Assembly (NCBI GenBank): GCA_002269645.1
Contig: NIVC01001471.1
Location: forward strand, 186,001 to 250,000
Direction: 5' to 3'
DNA: 64,000 nucleotides
DNA from: Macrostomum lignano
Lineage: Eukaryota
Shown here: in pieces, positions 1-12,409 of the stretch
Position numbering within the stretch: position 1 is the stretch's first letter
How the letters are laid out: every line of letters starts with the position of its first letter
The notes under the pieces: model-generated
What the model was told of the DNA's origin: nothing
Database searches by the model: none
Seen by the model: only the letters and a program-made list of their open reading frames with translations
Translations under genes and position numbers: made by a program

Positions 1-639
1 ATCTCTGACTATACATTAACAAACAATAATTCACTCAGGTGTTTGAAATGTGTGTAGTATAACGCAGTTGATACCCCATGTTACACATTTGCATGACAAT
101 TTTTAGATGTACATGTAGAAATTCATTACAGAGTAGTTGATGAGTACTAGACCAAAAATAATAATGCTTGAAATGGTCCACTCTACATGGTACATTATAA
201 ATATATATATATAAAAAGCATTTCAAATTAACCATTACATTTATGGTCATATCGATGTCAATCACGCTCACGCATTAAAATTTATATAATAATATTTTTT
301 ATGCACACACTATATTTAAAACCTATATTAAGTATTAAGCACAATCGTACTGCTATTGTAGTGCGATTTCTGTATGGTAAGTGGTAATACGGTACTAAAT
401 GCAGACAAAAGAAAAATATATTATTTTAAGAAAATTGCAATATTAGGACATCTTGGAAACTGTACATTACGTTACAATAGCATATGGTTCATGTACAAAG
501 TGCAGACAGAAAAAAATATAAAAAATAATATAATATATAGTGAATGTTACATATATAATCAGGTAAAAACAAGTTGTAAAACAGTCCAATTAATGAATTA
601 TAAAGTCTTATACTTAGCTGCACTTTTATTGTTGCTGCT

Positions 640-3394
640 GCTGCTATTGTGCCCTGCTGTGTGCAAAATGCGGAATGTGGCCAAGTCTTGTGCAGCTGAG
701 CAGGAATGCACGAATCGAAAGCGCGCGGCTACAGTACTGCGCCCAATATCACTCTACTTGCACTTGCAGCCGCTCGTACCACGCCCGATGCTGCCACTCT
801 TGTACTCCTTGTTGCACCAGCGTGGCGTGCACAGGTACCAGCAGTACCTCTGTATGGAGCAGTTGAATGAGAGGGTACAGGGTGAGTTTGACTCTCTTAG
901 CCCACTGCTTCAGTCGCCAATGCCAGCCTTTCACCTTGTTGTTTGTCCAAATAGACTGGCCATAAACGCTTATTTCAGCAGCGCTGGTCAGCCATGTACT
1001 GTTGACATACTCAGCCAGGTCCAGTAAAAGCGGCGCTTGCACTCCAGTGACAACTTGTGCTAGGCCGTCGTTCATGTGCTGGTATGGCAGGTAGGGCAGG
1101 TCCATCAGCATCCTGGTGAAATTCTTCGTACCTGGTCTTTCAGGTAGGCCTGTTGCAATCCTATATACTGAATGCGACAAAATATTGCCTGTGCATAGTG
1201 AAAAAGGCAGCCTTGAAGCCTGACCATAGGGAAGACAGCTCGCAAGGCCTGCCATACAGCAGCCTCAAAGTCCATTATGCAGACTTCAGGTGTTGTGTTG
1301 CTGATTGCCTCCCGTAGCGATTGAAATACAGCAGTATAGTTGTTGACAGCCTTGCCTGACATTATAGCAAATGCTAGGGGCACCTGTTTGACTGTTGTTC
1401 CTTGCTGGATGTAGCAGTGCATAGAGTAGAGTTGCTTGAATGGTGCATGGATGACATCAAAAGTGCCATCTAGAAACCATAGCTGACGGGATGCCAGCAG
1501 CTCAATTTGATTTGTAGTAAAAAGCAGCAAATGGTGTTTGCCAGTTCCTTCAACTTGGATGTCAGCCCGAACAAAATCTGGAGAGATACGGTCCATAGCC
1601 AGATCAAACTGGAGGTCAGATGGGGGCATTGGATGCTCAGCTTCCCAAGCTCTGTTTGCAATCCGCACCAGTTGACAAATAGCTGGTACTTCCTGGCCAA
1701 AGTCAGTCACGCTATGGTCTAGCAGCTTCAACTCCACGATTGCAGCAGCTGATCAAAAGCACTGCTGCTTTGCTTCATCCTTGACCAGAACGACAATGCA
1801 ATGCTTTACCAACTCACAAATTCGTGGCTCGCAGATATGGGCAGCCTGGCCACTCCAAATGCCTTGATTGTCCTAGATGGCTGATGCTGGGCACTTAAAC
1901 CTTGAATTTTGCTGGGTGCAACGCCAATAGCGTCTGTTACTTTTTCGACGTTGAGGCCCAAAACGTATTCTTGGTCACCCAGTCATTGAATGAGTAAGGG
2001 CTTGCGCTTTGTCGTGGCAGCATCTAGCACCTCAAACTCCTTCGCCACAATGACTGCAGGCAGGTCATGAGGCTCCAGACCCTCCATCGAGACCTCAGCC
2101 ATGCAAGCTGGTTCTTTGAATGGCCCTGCATGTGATGATGACAAGATATTATAGTCAATGTTTTGTGGATGTTTTTTTTAACCTATTACCTTTAACCTTT
2201 AACCTTTAACCTACAACCTTTTACCTCCATTTTTACAAATGTGGGTTAAGGCACTAGTAAAGTATGAAGATGCCTGCCCCTTTAATACTCTCGTAGGTAT
2301 GGCCCATAAAGAGTGTAACAGAGAGAGATGGGGGTGGTGTAAAGAGCAATGTGAAGGTGAGTGAGTGAGCTGAGTGAGGGAGAGAAGAGAAGAGAGAAAA
2401 AGGAGAAGAGAAAAAAGGAGAAAAGAAAGGGAAGAGAGTACAGAGAAGAGAGATGAGAGTGAAGAGAGTAGAGAAGAGAGCTGAAGAGGGGGAGAGAAGA
2501 GAGGAGAAAGAAAGGAAAAGAGAAAAGAGGAGAAAGGAGAGAGGAGAAAGAAGTGAGAAGAGAGGAGACAGAAGAGAACATAGAAGTTTCAAAGGACACA
2601 AAAGGGTCTCAACAGCTTGTAATATTGTATATACGCTCAGCTCACTCACTCACCTGAACAGGGTTTTAAATGTACATCCCTCCTATGTACAGCTAGCTGC
2701 TCATCAGTTTTATCAGACTGAGAAAAATAAACTTAAAAGACAAACTTGCATTGCATTACATACTAATTTTTGGACTGACAAAGAGCCCAGGGGCTTAAAA
2801 CTGGTAGCCTATATACTCATACTAAATTTTAACACTCTTCTCTCTCTCAACCTCTCTCTCTCCCCCTTCTCTCTCTCTCTTTCACTTTCTCTATATCTCT
2901 CTCTTATATCAGGCACTTACCAGCATTGGCAGCATACAATTCCTCCAAAAGACCTTGTTCATCCCCCTCTGCTGGCTCTGCGACCAGAGCTGGTGCTGTC
3001 TGTGCAACTAGAGCTGGTGCTGGATCTGCGACTGGAGCTGGTGTTGGCTCTCCGACCTGAGCTGGTGCTGGCTCTGCAACCGTAGCTAGTGCTAGCCTTG
3101 CGACTGATAGAGCTGCTGGTCCTGGTACATTTTTAACAGGTTGAGTGAGCCAAGAGACAAATTGCAATTTTTACCTATTTGATATTCTTTAGTTGCCTCT
3201 GGTGTCTCTAGACATGTGCCAAATGACCACTCAAATGCGTCCATGCGCATGAAGTGTCTATACTCCGCAATCGACACATTCGTTCCACAAGCACAATGCT
3301 GCCATTGCTTGCATTTATCACACTGCAGAGCCTGTTGTTGCAGTCAAACACGTTCGCTGCAGAGAATGCAGCTATCAGCTGTAGCCTGCTGCAT
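640..3394 (-). mobile_element. Decayed Mutator-like (MULE) transposase gene with PHD finger, repeat linker, FLYWCH zinc finger and MULE DDE domain; intron-containing pseudogene
   Basis: Minus strand. From ATG 3394: CILC..QCDKCKQWQHCAC..EWSFGTC (PHD-like, in-frame TGA at 3344-3346). RYWRCTQQNSRFKCPAS..HIC near 1930-1840 (FLYWCH-like), in frame with ORF 1105..1737 through stops at 1873 and 1753. That ORF has FLDGTFDVIHAPFKQLYSMH and QGCLFHYAQAI. ORF 749..1255 has WTNNKVKGWHWRL in a shifted frame. GTAAGT donor near 2920. Confidence 0.8.
2320..2905. repeat. GA-rich low-complexity tract (2320-2600) and CT microsatellite (2835-2905), within an intron of the MULE gene
   Basis: Direct reading; the ORFs across it are only K/R/E or S/L/F runs. 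Confidence 0.85.
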
Positions 3395-6067
3395 GATCGG
3401 TAAATTATATATGTAATATTGAGGAAACAAACTGATTAAATTATGACTTTGACAGGACTTCCATTTATATAGCAGTTTAGATCATTAGGGTGGGGTGACT
3501 TTGGAACTAGTGGGGTGTAAAGGACTTAACACTGGCTTAGCACTTTAGTATTAAGCATGACAGGGAGTAAAATGGCTTACAATATGGCATGATGTGCGTG
3601 AATCGTGCATGATATGCTTTGAGAGCATTCCCGGATATCAAGATTTGCTATGGGGGATAAGCTTTGGTTGACTGCACTCAGCAGGGTGGAGGGGTGAGAA
3701 GGTGCATGCTGCAGTCCACTAATTTTCACGACTCCACAGGGGACTATTAGCAGTCCTCCTGATGTGTTTTGATAGTATGAATGCCCACTGCACCATGTAC
3801 TATGTGGATGCATGTACTGTATGCAGATTGCATAAAACACAAATGCTCAAGATTCATTGACGCCCCAATGCATATGGGTATGAGTGTACATAGGTGACAC
3901 ATTTGCATCTAGAATATTCGTACCAGAACATTTAACCTATCAAATACATGTATAATGGGCATGCAGTTAACATATATATACTGTACACTGTAACAAAATT
4001 GAAAAGTTTGATTGTTTCAAATAATATTAGGTAATTATTAAAACAAATTCATCGATATAACAATTATTGTAAGCTACACTGCTGTATGAACTACATATCA
4101 TTCATATAATGACAATTTTAGTCACTTCGTCAACAAGCAAATGGGAAGGACCTAGGCATTGGTCACTTTGTCAACCACCAGTAAAGTCGCCTTAACACTT
4201 TGGTCACTTCATTAACCAAGTTGACAAAATGACCATCACCCAACTCCCAAACCACGCAACCAAATTATAATAAATTTTATACCCACCCTAAACTCACTAT
4301 AGAGAATGTCTTAGACTACTTTAAAATATCCTACTTAAAATTAAGTCTTCCTACTTTAAAGTGCAAAAAAATTCTCAAAAAGCTCTACTTTTTTACTAAA
4401 TTTTGTGATTGTGATGGGAATTAATTAGCCATTTTAGTTCATAGATATGGCAGTTTACATATATAATATAAAACATACATTCAATTCAGCTATAAGTTAG
4501 TCAAATTGACATAGTTTTCTTTTAAATATAGACAAAACTTTTTAGTAATTTTAAGTATCCAAGGCATCATTTTTAAGTTAAGACATGCATAAATATATAC
4601 CTGATATTTAGGACTTAGAGACAAAAGAAATCAACACTGTGTAGCAACAAAAATATCTAATGTAATATTGAGGCCTTTTTAATTTCAGTCTAGACACACT
4701 TCAAGTGCAATTTTTGCTAAGTATAAACATTGACTAGGAGTGCTCGCAATGTCAGTTAAAAATTAAATGATGCATAAGCTTTAGATTGAAACTTAACTGA
4801 TGACAAGCAAATATTTTTAGCAGAGCAAGAGTTTCTTTTTTTTACTTAGAGTTGAGCAGGAAATATGCAAACATGATTTAAACACAAAAATGTCCATAGA
4901 GTCAGTACAATATTATGTGTGGCACATATTGTTGCTGGGATGGGCATAATGGTATAGAAATTATTTTTTATTCAAAAAGATCTTTATTAAGTTTGAAAAT
5001 TCCTTTCAAATTTAAAGCAAAGTAGTAAAACTAAACTTTTGTGTTGCTAAACCATAGTTTTTTATGTTTTTCTTTAATTTGACCATAAAAAACTTTTAAA
5101 TGAAAAGAAAGCTTAAAGATGCATAAAAAGATGAAAAAAATCTGCAATAAATATCTTTGTTAAACAGAGCACTCATTTATTTGAATAATCTATCTATTAA
5201 ATATCTATCAGGAAATCATTATATTTTTGTTGTTTGTTCAAAAACCTATTTGGCTTTAGCTAAAGATATAGCTATGGGAAGTTATGAATGTGGAGGTTTT
5301 TAAACAAAGCATATGGATATATAGTTACAGGAACACATACTTCCTATATCTAGTAATGTCATCTAACTGAGACTTAAAATACTAATGGGGCTGTTGATTT
5401 GATGGGGTTAAGGGATAAATGAATGTTGCCAGTTTCAAAATGAGGGAAACTCCCAAGTCCTTAGAATTTAGGACTTAAGCAACAGATTTCAGTGACATGT
5501 CCATGTTGTGGTTGTGGTGGTAGAGGCTTAAGCTAAGATGTTTTTAATTTCAAAGGGGAGTTCTTAAGTCCTTGCATGGATTTTGGAATTATTCAATAGA
5601 GAGTCTTGATGCCATATGCACATTGTGGTTGGGTGGTAGGAGCAATGTTGAGATAAATATTTTACTTTCAATACAAGGGGAGCTCTTAAGTCCTTGGGGT
5701 TGGGAACTAGACAACTTAACAATGGGAAAAGCTTATAAACTACCATATTTTTACATTTGTAGTAATTACAGCAATTTGCTTGTCTGTAGACAGTATTTCA
5801 TAGTCATAATTACAGGTACTTTAACACCAATTTCTTACTAAGCTAGTAGTTGAGTTTTGTCCATCTTTTGGAATTTACAAGTATTTTTAAGATAATGGTC
5901 CTATGCTTGATTATGAAGGACCTAATTTTCATTGAATCTCTCAGAGGGTCAGTGTTTCTGATTTAGATTAGCCCATAGAGATTCAGTGTTTTTTTCAACT
6001 TAGACTCTACTAATAGTAGTAAATAAATATTACTAAATCAAGTCGAGAGACTCGTTGATTTGGAAAA

Positions 6068-9000
6068 ATGAGCGGGCTTTTAGAGCGGGCTTTTCTGACA
6101 CGAAGTGGCCGATGAGCGGGCCAATTTCAATGGGCTAATCCAGTATTTTTTTCAACCGGGAAATTGGCAGATGCCCGAATGCGAATGGGCCGCGAATACC
6201 AGGCCGTTCCGCCTAGTCTGGTTGGCCGCCCCGGCAGCCGGTGCCAGTCGCCTGACAGGGCTCTCTGCGTGTGGAAGCCTTTGCCAGAGGCTGGGTCTGA
6301 TGAGGCGGCTGTCTCACTTACCGATGACCAGGTTGGTCTTATGCCTGATTCATATTTGGGAAGAAAAATGGGGATTTGGGATTTCAGATGACACGGAATT
6401 TAAATTTAAGATGTTTGATTTTGGGATTTCGAATTTTCGAATCGGATTTGGATTTCAGATAATCGCAGTTTGGGATTTCAGATTATCAGGATTTGGATTT
6501 CAGATTATCAGGATTTGGATTTCAGATTATCGGGATTTGGATTTCAGATTATCAGGATTTGGATTTCAGATTATCAGGATTTGGATTTCAGATTATCAGG
6601 ATTTTGATTTCAGATTATCAGGATTGGGATTTCAGATTATCAGGATTGGGATTTCAGATTATCAGGATTGGGATTTTAGATTATCGGGATTTGGATTTCA
6701 GATTATCGGGATTTGGAATTCAGATTATCAGGATTTAAATTTCAGATTATCAGGATTTGGATTTCAGATTATCGGGATTTGGATTTCAGATTATCGGGAT
6801 TGGGATTTTAGATTATCGGGATTTGGATTTCAGATTATCGGGATTTGGAATTCAGATTATCAGGATTTAAATGTCAGATTATCAGGATTTGGAATTCAGA
6901 TTATCAGGATTTGGATTTCAGATTATCTGGATTTAGATTTCAGATTATCAGGATTGGGATTTTAGATTATCGGGATTCGGATTTTAGACAATCGGGATTT
7001 GGATTTCAGATTATCGGGATTTGGAATTTTTTTGGACTCGCTTGGGTACTCCCTAATGAAATGTGACCTGTGCTCATTTCAAGGTGGCGAATTTCGTAGA
7101 CCTGGCCCGGGATCGATTCGGCTACACTACTGAGCAGGCGCTGGGCATGCTCTACTGGCACAAGCACAACGTTGAGCTGGCCACGGCCGACCTGCCAAAT
7201 TTCATTCCATACCCAGACGAATGGACTAACGAAGAGAAGGTCGTGTTCGACCAGGCCTTCAGCTTCCAGGGCAAGCAGTTTCACAAGATTATCCACGCCC
7301 TGCCGGACAAGACTGTGCCGCATCTGGTGCGGATTTTTTCAGGAATTATTCCTTTGTACTAGTTGTGTCAGAGTTCGTCTACTGATAAGTAGAAAGTATA
7401 GAATTTTTTTTCGCGAAAAGCTTGCATGTTGGGAAAATAAAAACGTAACAAAGTATCTAATCTAGATAGGCCGCTTGATGAAGCAGATGTCGGCGAACTC
7501 CGGCCCGCAAAGCCTCTCTATCCGGCCCTCGGGTCTTTTGAAACTTTACAATAGCAATCCGGCTCGCTTAAGGTTTGCGTCTGTTCTCAGCATGCTCACT
7601 AATGAGCTGCATTGACTCCTACTAATCCTACACAGGTGAAATACTATTACCAGTGGAAGAAGAACAGAGCCAAAACCTCGCTGATTGAACGGCGCGGTGG
7701 TCAAGGCGGCAGCGGTAACGGCCAAGGCGGCCAAGGCGGTGACGATGAGACCGGCTCCGAGTGCTCCGACGGCGAGTTGCCCGAGCTGCGGCCAGGCGGT
7801 CGTCGGGTTCGCCAGAAGCAGCAGCAGTCGGCTACGCAGAAGGCCAACAAGCAGCCGTCATCGCAGCAGCAGCAGCATCACAAGCGCAAACTGCCACGAG
7901 GAATTTTCCTTGACTACGACGCTCTGCTGTCCATGTCCGCCCAGGGTGCCGGCCGCGCCTCCGTCGTTGTCGACGCCCTAGACGCTCAACTGGCCTCAGC
8001 CAGGTCGCGCGTACGAAGAAATCGTGCTCAGCTCACCCAGCGATGGGAGTCCCTGCTGAGTGAGATTCAGGTGAGATTTATCTGTGCTAGGATGACGGTC
8101 TCGACACTAACGACTAGGAGGCGATTGCCTCTGAGTCCCAAAAAGGATCGCCCCTAAGTTTCAGTAAGAATCACCCCTAAGTTTCAGTAAGAATCGCCCC
8201 TAAGTTTCAGTAAGAATCGCCCCTAAGTTCAGTAAGAATCGCCCCTAAGTTTCAGTAAGAATCGCCCCTAAGTTTCAGTAAGAATCGCCCCTAAGTTTTA
8301 GTAAGAATCGCCGCTGAGTTCTAGTAAGAATCGCCCCTGAGTTCTAGTAGGAATCGCCCTTGAGTTCTAGTAAGAATCGCCCCTGAGTTCTAGTAAGAAT
8401 CGCCCCTGAGTTCTAGTAAGAATCGCCCCTGAGTTCTAGTAAGAATCGCCGCTGAGTTCTAGTACGAATCGCCCCTGAGTTCTAGTAAAAATCGCCCAGC
8501 TGAGTTCTAGTACGAATCGCCCCTGAGTTCTAGTAAAAATCGCCCAGCTGAGTTCTAGTACGAATCGCCCATGAGTTTCAGTAAGAGTCGCCCCTAAGTT
8601 TCAGTAATAATCGCCCCTGAGTTTCAGTAAGAATCGCCCCTAAGTTTCAGTAAGAATCGCCCCTAAGTTTCAGTAATAATCGCCCTTAAGTTTCAGTAAG
8701 AATCGCCCCTAAGTTTCAGTAAGAATCGCCCCTAAGTTTCAGTAAGAATCGCCCCTAAGTTTCAGTAAGAATCGCCCCTGAGTTTCAGTAAGAATCGCCC
8801 CTAAGTTTCAGTAAGAATCGCCCCTGAGTTTCAGTAAGAATCGCCCCTGAGTTTCAGTAAGAATCGCCCCTGAGTTTCAGTAAGAATCGCCGCTGAGTTC
8901 CAAAAAGAACCGCCCCTGAGTTCTAGTGAGAATCGCTGCTGAGTTCCAGTAAAAATCGCCCAGCTGAGTTGTAGTAAAAATCGCCCTGCTGAGTTCCAGT

Positions 9001-9346
9001 AAAAATCGCCCAGCTGAGTTGTAGTAAAAATGGCCCAGCTGAGTTCTAGTAAGAATCGCCCCTGAGTTTCAAAAACTCAGCGCCACTGTCGCACCTCAAC
9101 CCACACTACCAGGCCTACCAGGAGCCGGATGCAGAGGGCCAGATCTCGTACAAATGGACCGACGAGGAGCTGCTGCTGGCTGTGCAGGGTGTCCGCCGTT
9201 ACGGCAAAGACTTCCGTTCGATTGCGCAACTAATTGGCAGCAAAACGGAGAATCACGTTCGCTATTTCTTTGCTCAGTACCGATCGAAATTCGGACTGGA
9301 CTCTGTGCTGGCCGAGTACAATCGGGAGTCCGCTGGAAAACAGTAG
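6068..9346 (+). CDS. RCOR: REST corepressor (CoREST), ELM2-SANT-SANT; join(6068..6104,6171..6331,7084..7326,7636..8070,9113..9346), 369 aa. Exon 1 is tentative
   Basis: RMRMGREYQAVPP (ELM2), GYTTEQALGMLYWHKHNVELATADLPNFIPYPDEWTNEEKVVFDQAF (SANT1), KYYYQWKK, KWTDEELLLAVQGVRRYGKDF (SANT2). All introns are GT-AG with matching phases and the joined length of 1110 nt is divisible by 3. The first exon relies on a weak GTGGCC donor. Confidence 0.92.
6370..7030. repeat. 22-bp minisatellite (GGATTTCAGATTATCAGGATTT) in RCOR intron 6332-7083
   Basis: Tandem unit read directly; 22-aa periodicity in the spurious ORF. Confidence 0.95.
7484..7587 (+). mobile_element. hAT (Charlie-like) terminal remnant; related copy at ~12600-12720
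   Basis: CAGATGTCGGCGAACTCCGGCCCGC..ATCCGGCCC resembles hAT MITE ends; shares GAACTCCGG..CTCTATCCGGCCCTCGGGT..AAACTT with 12600-12720. Confidence 0.45.
8143..9070. repeat. 23-bp minisatellite (CCCCTAAGTTTCAGTAAGAATCG and variants) in RCOR intron 8071-9112
   Basis: Tandem unit read directly, about 40 copies. Confidence 0.95.
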
Positions 9347-9414
9347 CAACTGTGTCTTCTGGGTGCTAATATTGATCAGCTGTTTTTTGGTGTCATCGTT
9401 GCTATGGCAATGAA

Positions 9415-9950
9415 TTTGCTGTTGTCAGTGTTTAGCGTCATGGTTGCTATGGTGATAAACCAGCTGTTGTCGGTGTTTAGCGTCATGGTTGCTATGGTGA
9501 TAAATCAGCTGTTTTCAGTGTTTAGCGTCATGGTTGCTATGGTGATAAATCAGCTGTTGTCATTATGTAGCGTCATGGTTGCTATGGTGATAAATCAGCT
9601 TTTGTCAGTGTTTAGCGTCATGGTTGCTATGGTGATAAATCAGCCGTTGTCAGTGTTTAGCGTCATGGTTGCTATGGTGATAAATCAGCTGTTGTCAGTG
9701 TTTAGCGTCATGGTTGCTATGGTGATAAATCAGCCGTTGTCAGTGTTTAGCGTCATGGTTGCTATGGTGATAAATCAGCTGTTGTCATTGTTTAGCGTCA
9801 TGGTTGCTATAGTGATAAATCAGCTGTTGTCAGTGTTTAGCGTCATGGTTGCTATGGTGATAAATCAGCTGTTGTCAGTGTTTAGCGTCATGGTTGCTAT
9901 GGTGATAAATCAGCTGTTGTCAGTGTTTAGCGTCATGGTTGCTATGGTGA
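9415..9950. repeat. 45-bp tandem repeat just downstream of the RCOR stop codon (about 12 copies)
   Basis: Unit CAGCTGTTGTCAGTGTTTAGCGTCATGGTTGCTATGGTGATAAAT. Confidence 0.95.
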
Positions 9951-10554
9951 GGTTCATTCACAACCAGTTCAGCTGAATCAAAAAAGTTTTAATCGTTATT
10001 TTTGCGAACCGTTTGACATTTATAGGTAGAAAGTGTACTTCAAGTGTGACTGGGTCGTTGTTGAAATTTTATATATCTGTGTAAAACCTTAAATATATTT
10101 TGTTATTTGCTACTCATTAGTAGTTTAGGGCGAAGAAAGTACTAGTCACTGATAATTAAATGCTATTTCTAATCTCATATTCATTAGGATTAGCATAAAA
10201 AACCGGCTATAAAAATCAATGTAAAAAATTCTTCCCATTTTGTGCAATGATTTTCATTTCTCAATGTACTTTATCGTGTGTAAATAATGTTTAACAATTG
10301 TCGGTAATTATATTCTCGCGCAGTTGTGGTTTAAACTTGCACACAATCATACGGCCATGCATTGATATAATAATTGTACCAACTTCGCGTGTTAAACGCA
10401 TTCTACGATCGATAACTTCTTTAGTGCTTCAAAATTCCAAAACTAATTTTATTTTTTTTTGGTATTTTTAGATAGAAAATCTGTTAATATTGCCCTTGTG
10501 TGTTATTAAGAATCCCTTCTAAGTTCATTTCATGACTTCATTGATGCCCCCAAA

Positions 10555-11523
10555 ATCCATCTAGAATCGCTTCTAGATTCAATTTAGAATCGCCACTACA
10601 ATCCATTTAGAATCGCCCCTACATTCCATTTAGAATCGCCCCTACATTCCATTTAGAATCGCCCCTGCATTCCATTTAGAATCGCCCCTACATTCAATTT
10701 ATAATCGCCGCTACAATCCATTTAGAATCTCCCCTAGATTCCATTTAGAATCTCCCCTCTCTTCAATTTAGAATCGCCCCTCTCTTTAATTTAGAATCGC
10801 CCCTCTCTTCAATTTAGAATCGCCCCTGCATTCCATCTAGAAATCGCCCCTGCATTCCATTTAGAATCGCCCTTAGATTCAATTTAGAATCGCCCCTCTG
10901 TTCAATTTAGAATCGCCCCTCTCTTCAATTTAGAATCGCCCCTTTTAGAATCGCCCCTAGATTTCATTTAGAATCGCCCCTGCATTCCATTTAGAATCGC
11001 CACTGCATTCAATTTAGAATCGCCCCTTTTAGAATCGCCCCTAGATTCCATTTAGAATCGCCCCTGCATTCCATTTAGAATCGCCACTGCATTCAATTTA
11101 GAATCGCCCCTGCATTCAATTTAGAATCGCCCCTAGGTTCAATTTAGAATCGCCCTTAGATTCAATTTAGAATCGCCCCTGCATTTCATTTAGAATCGCC
11201 CCTAGATTCCATTTAGAATCGCCCCTGCATTCCATTTAGAATCGCCACTGCATTCAATTTAGAATCGCCCCTGCATTCAATTTAGAATCGCCCCTAGGTT
11301 CAATTTAGAATCGCCCTTAGATTCAATTTAGAATCGCCCCTGCATTCAATTTAGAATCGCCCCTAGGTTCAATTTAGAATCGCCCTTAGATTCAATTTAG
11401 AATCGCCCCTGCATTCAATTTAGAATCGCCCCTGCATTCAATTTAGAATCGCCCCTGCATTCCATTTAGAATCGCCCCTGCATTTCATTTAGAATCGCCT
11501 CTGCATTCCATTTAGAATCGCCC
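10555..11523. repeat. 23-bp minisatellite (CCCCTGCATTCAATTTAGAATCG and variants) immediately upstream of FCHO
   Basis: Tandem unit read directly, about 40 copies. Confidence 0.95.
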
Positions 11524-11634
11524 AAAAATCTTTAATAACTTGAGCAAACGCAAAAATTCTACTATAAGTAGAACATCGCACATTAATAATAAAATTCGCC
11601 GGCCTTCATGCCGACCCAGCGGCACCGTTAGAGC

Positions 11635-12167
11635 ATGTCGCGCAGCGGCAGCACGGTCGCCGGCGGCCTATTTGTGGCCAATTATTGGGGCGAGAAGCAC
11701 AACGGCTTCGATGCTTTGTATTCGAATTTCAATGCCCAGAGCTGCCAGGCCACCGCCGAGCTGCTGGCATTTATGCGCGACTATCAGCAGCTGGAGGATG
11801 CGCACCACAAAGGCCTGGTGAAGCTCAGCAGGAAGCTGGCCTCCTCCAAGTCTCTGACTGGCGGCACCGGCAGCTTCACGCCCTGCTGGGACGTCCTCCT
11901 GGCTGCTGTGGACCAGATGGCCACGGCCTACTCTGACCTGGCCTCCAACAGCCAGACCCTGCTGCGGGACATTCAGAAGCACAGCGAGGAGCAGCAGCGG
12001 GCGACTAAAGGATTCAAGGACAGCGAGCACCAGCGGACCATGAATAACTGCGCCGCTGCCAAGACCTGCTTCGGCATGGTGCAGAGCAAGAGGCAGGCCT
12101 GCCAGACCCGGCATGCTGAGGCTAGAAAGGTCAGCTGTCTGTCTGCCTGTCTGTCAGGTCTGTCTGT

Positions 12168-12200
<33 letters not shown>

Positions 12201-12366
12201 TGTCTGTCTGCCTGTCTGTCAGGTCTGTCTGTCTGTCTGCCTGCCTTTCCGTCTGTCTGTCTGTCTGCCTGTCCGTCCGTCTGCCTGTCTGTCTATCAGG
12301 TCCGCCTGTCTGTCTGTCAGGTCTATCTATCTATCAGGTCTGTCTGTCTGTCTGTCTGTCTATCAG

Positions 12367-12409
<43 letters not shown>

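Noticed and set aside
2453-3085. 210-aa K/R/E-rich ORF
   Set aside because: It consists of GA low-complexity sequence plus the antisense of a MULE exon.
6105-6965. 286-aa ORF
   Set aside because: It runs out of frame across the RCOR ELM2 exon and then through the 22-bp intronic repeat.
8143-11523. CRISPR-like array (constant AGAATCGCCCCT plus variable 11 nt)
   Set aside because: The variable parts are short, mutually related and recurrent; there are no cas genes and the context is eukaryotic intron/intergenic DNA.
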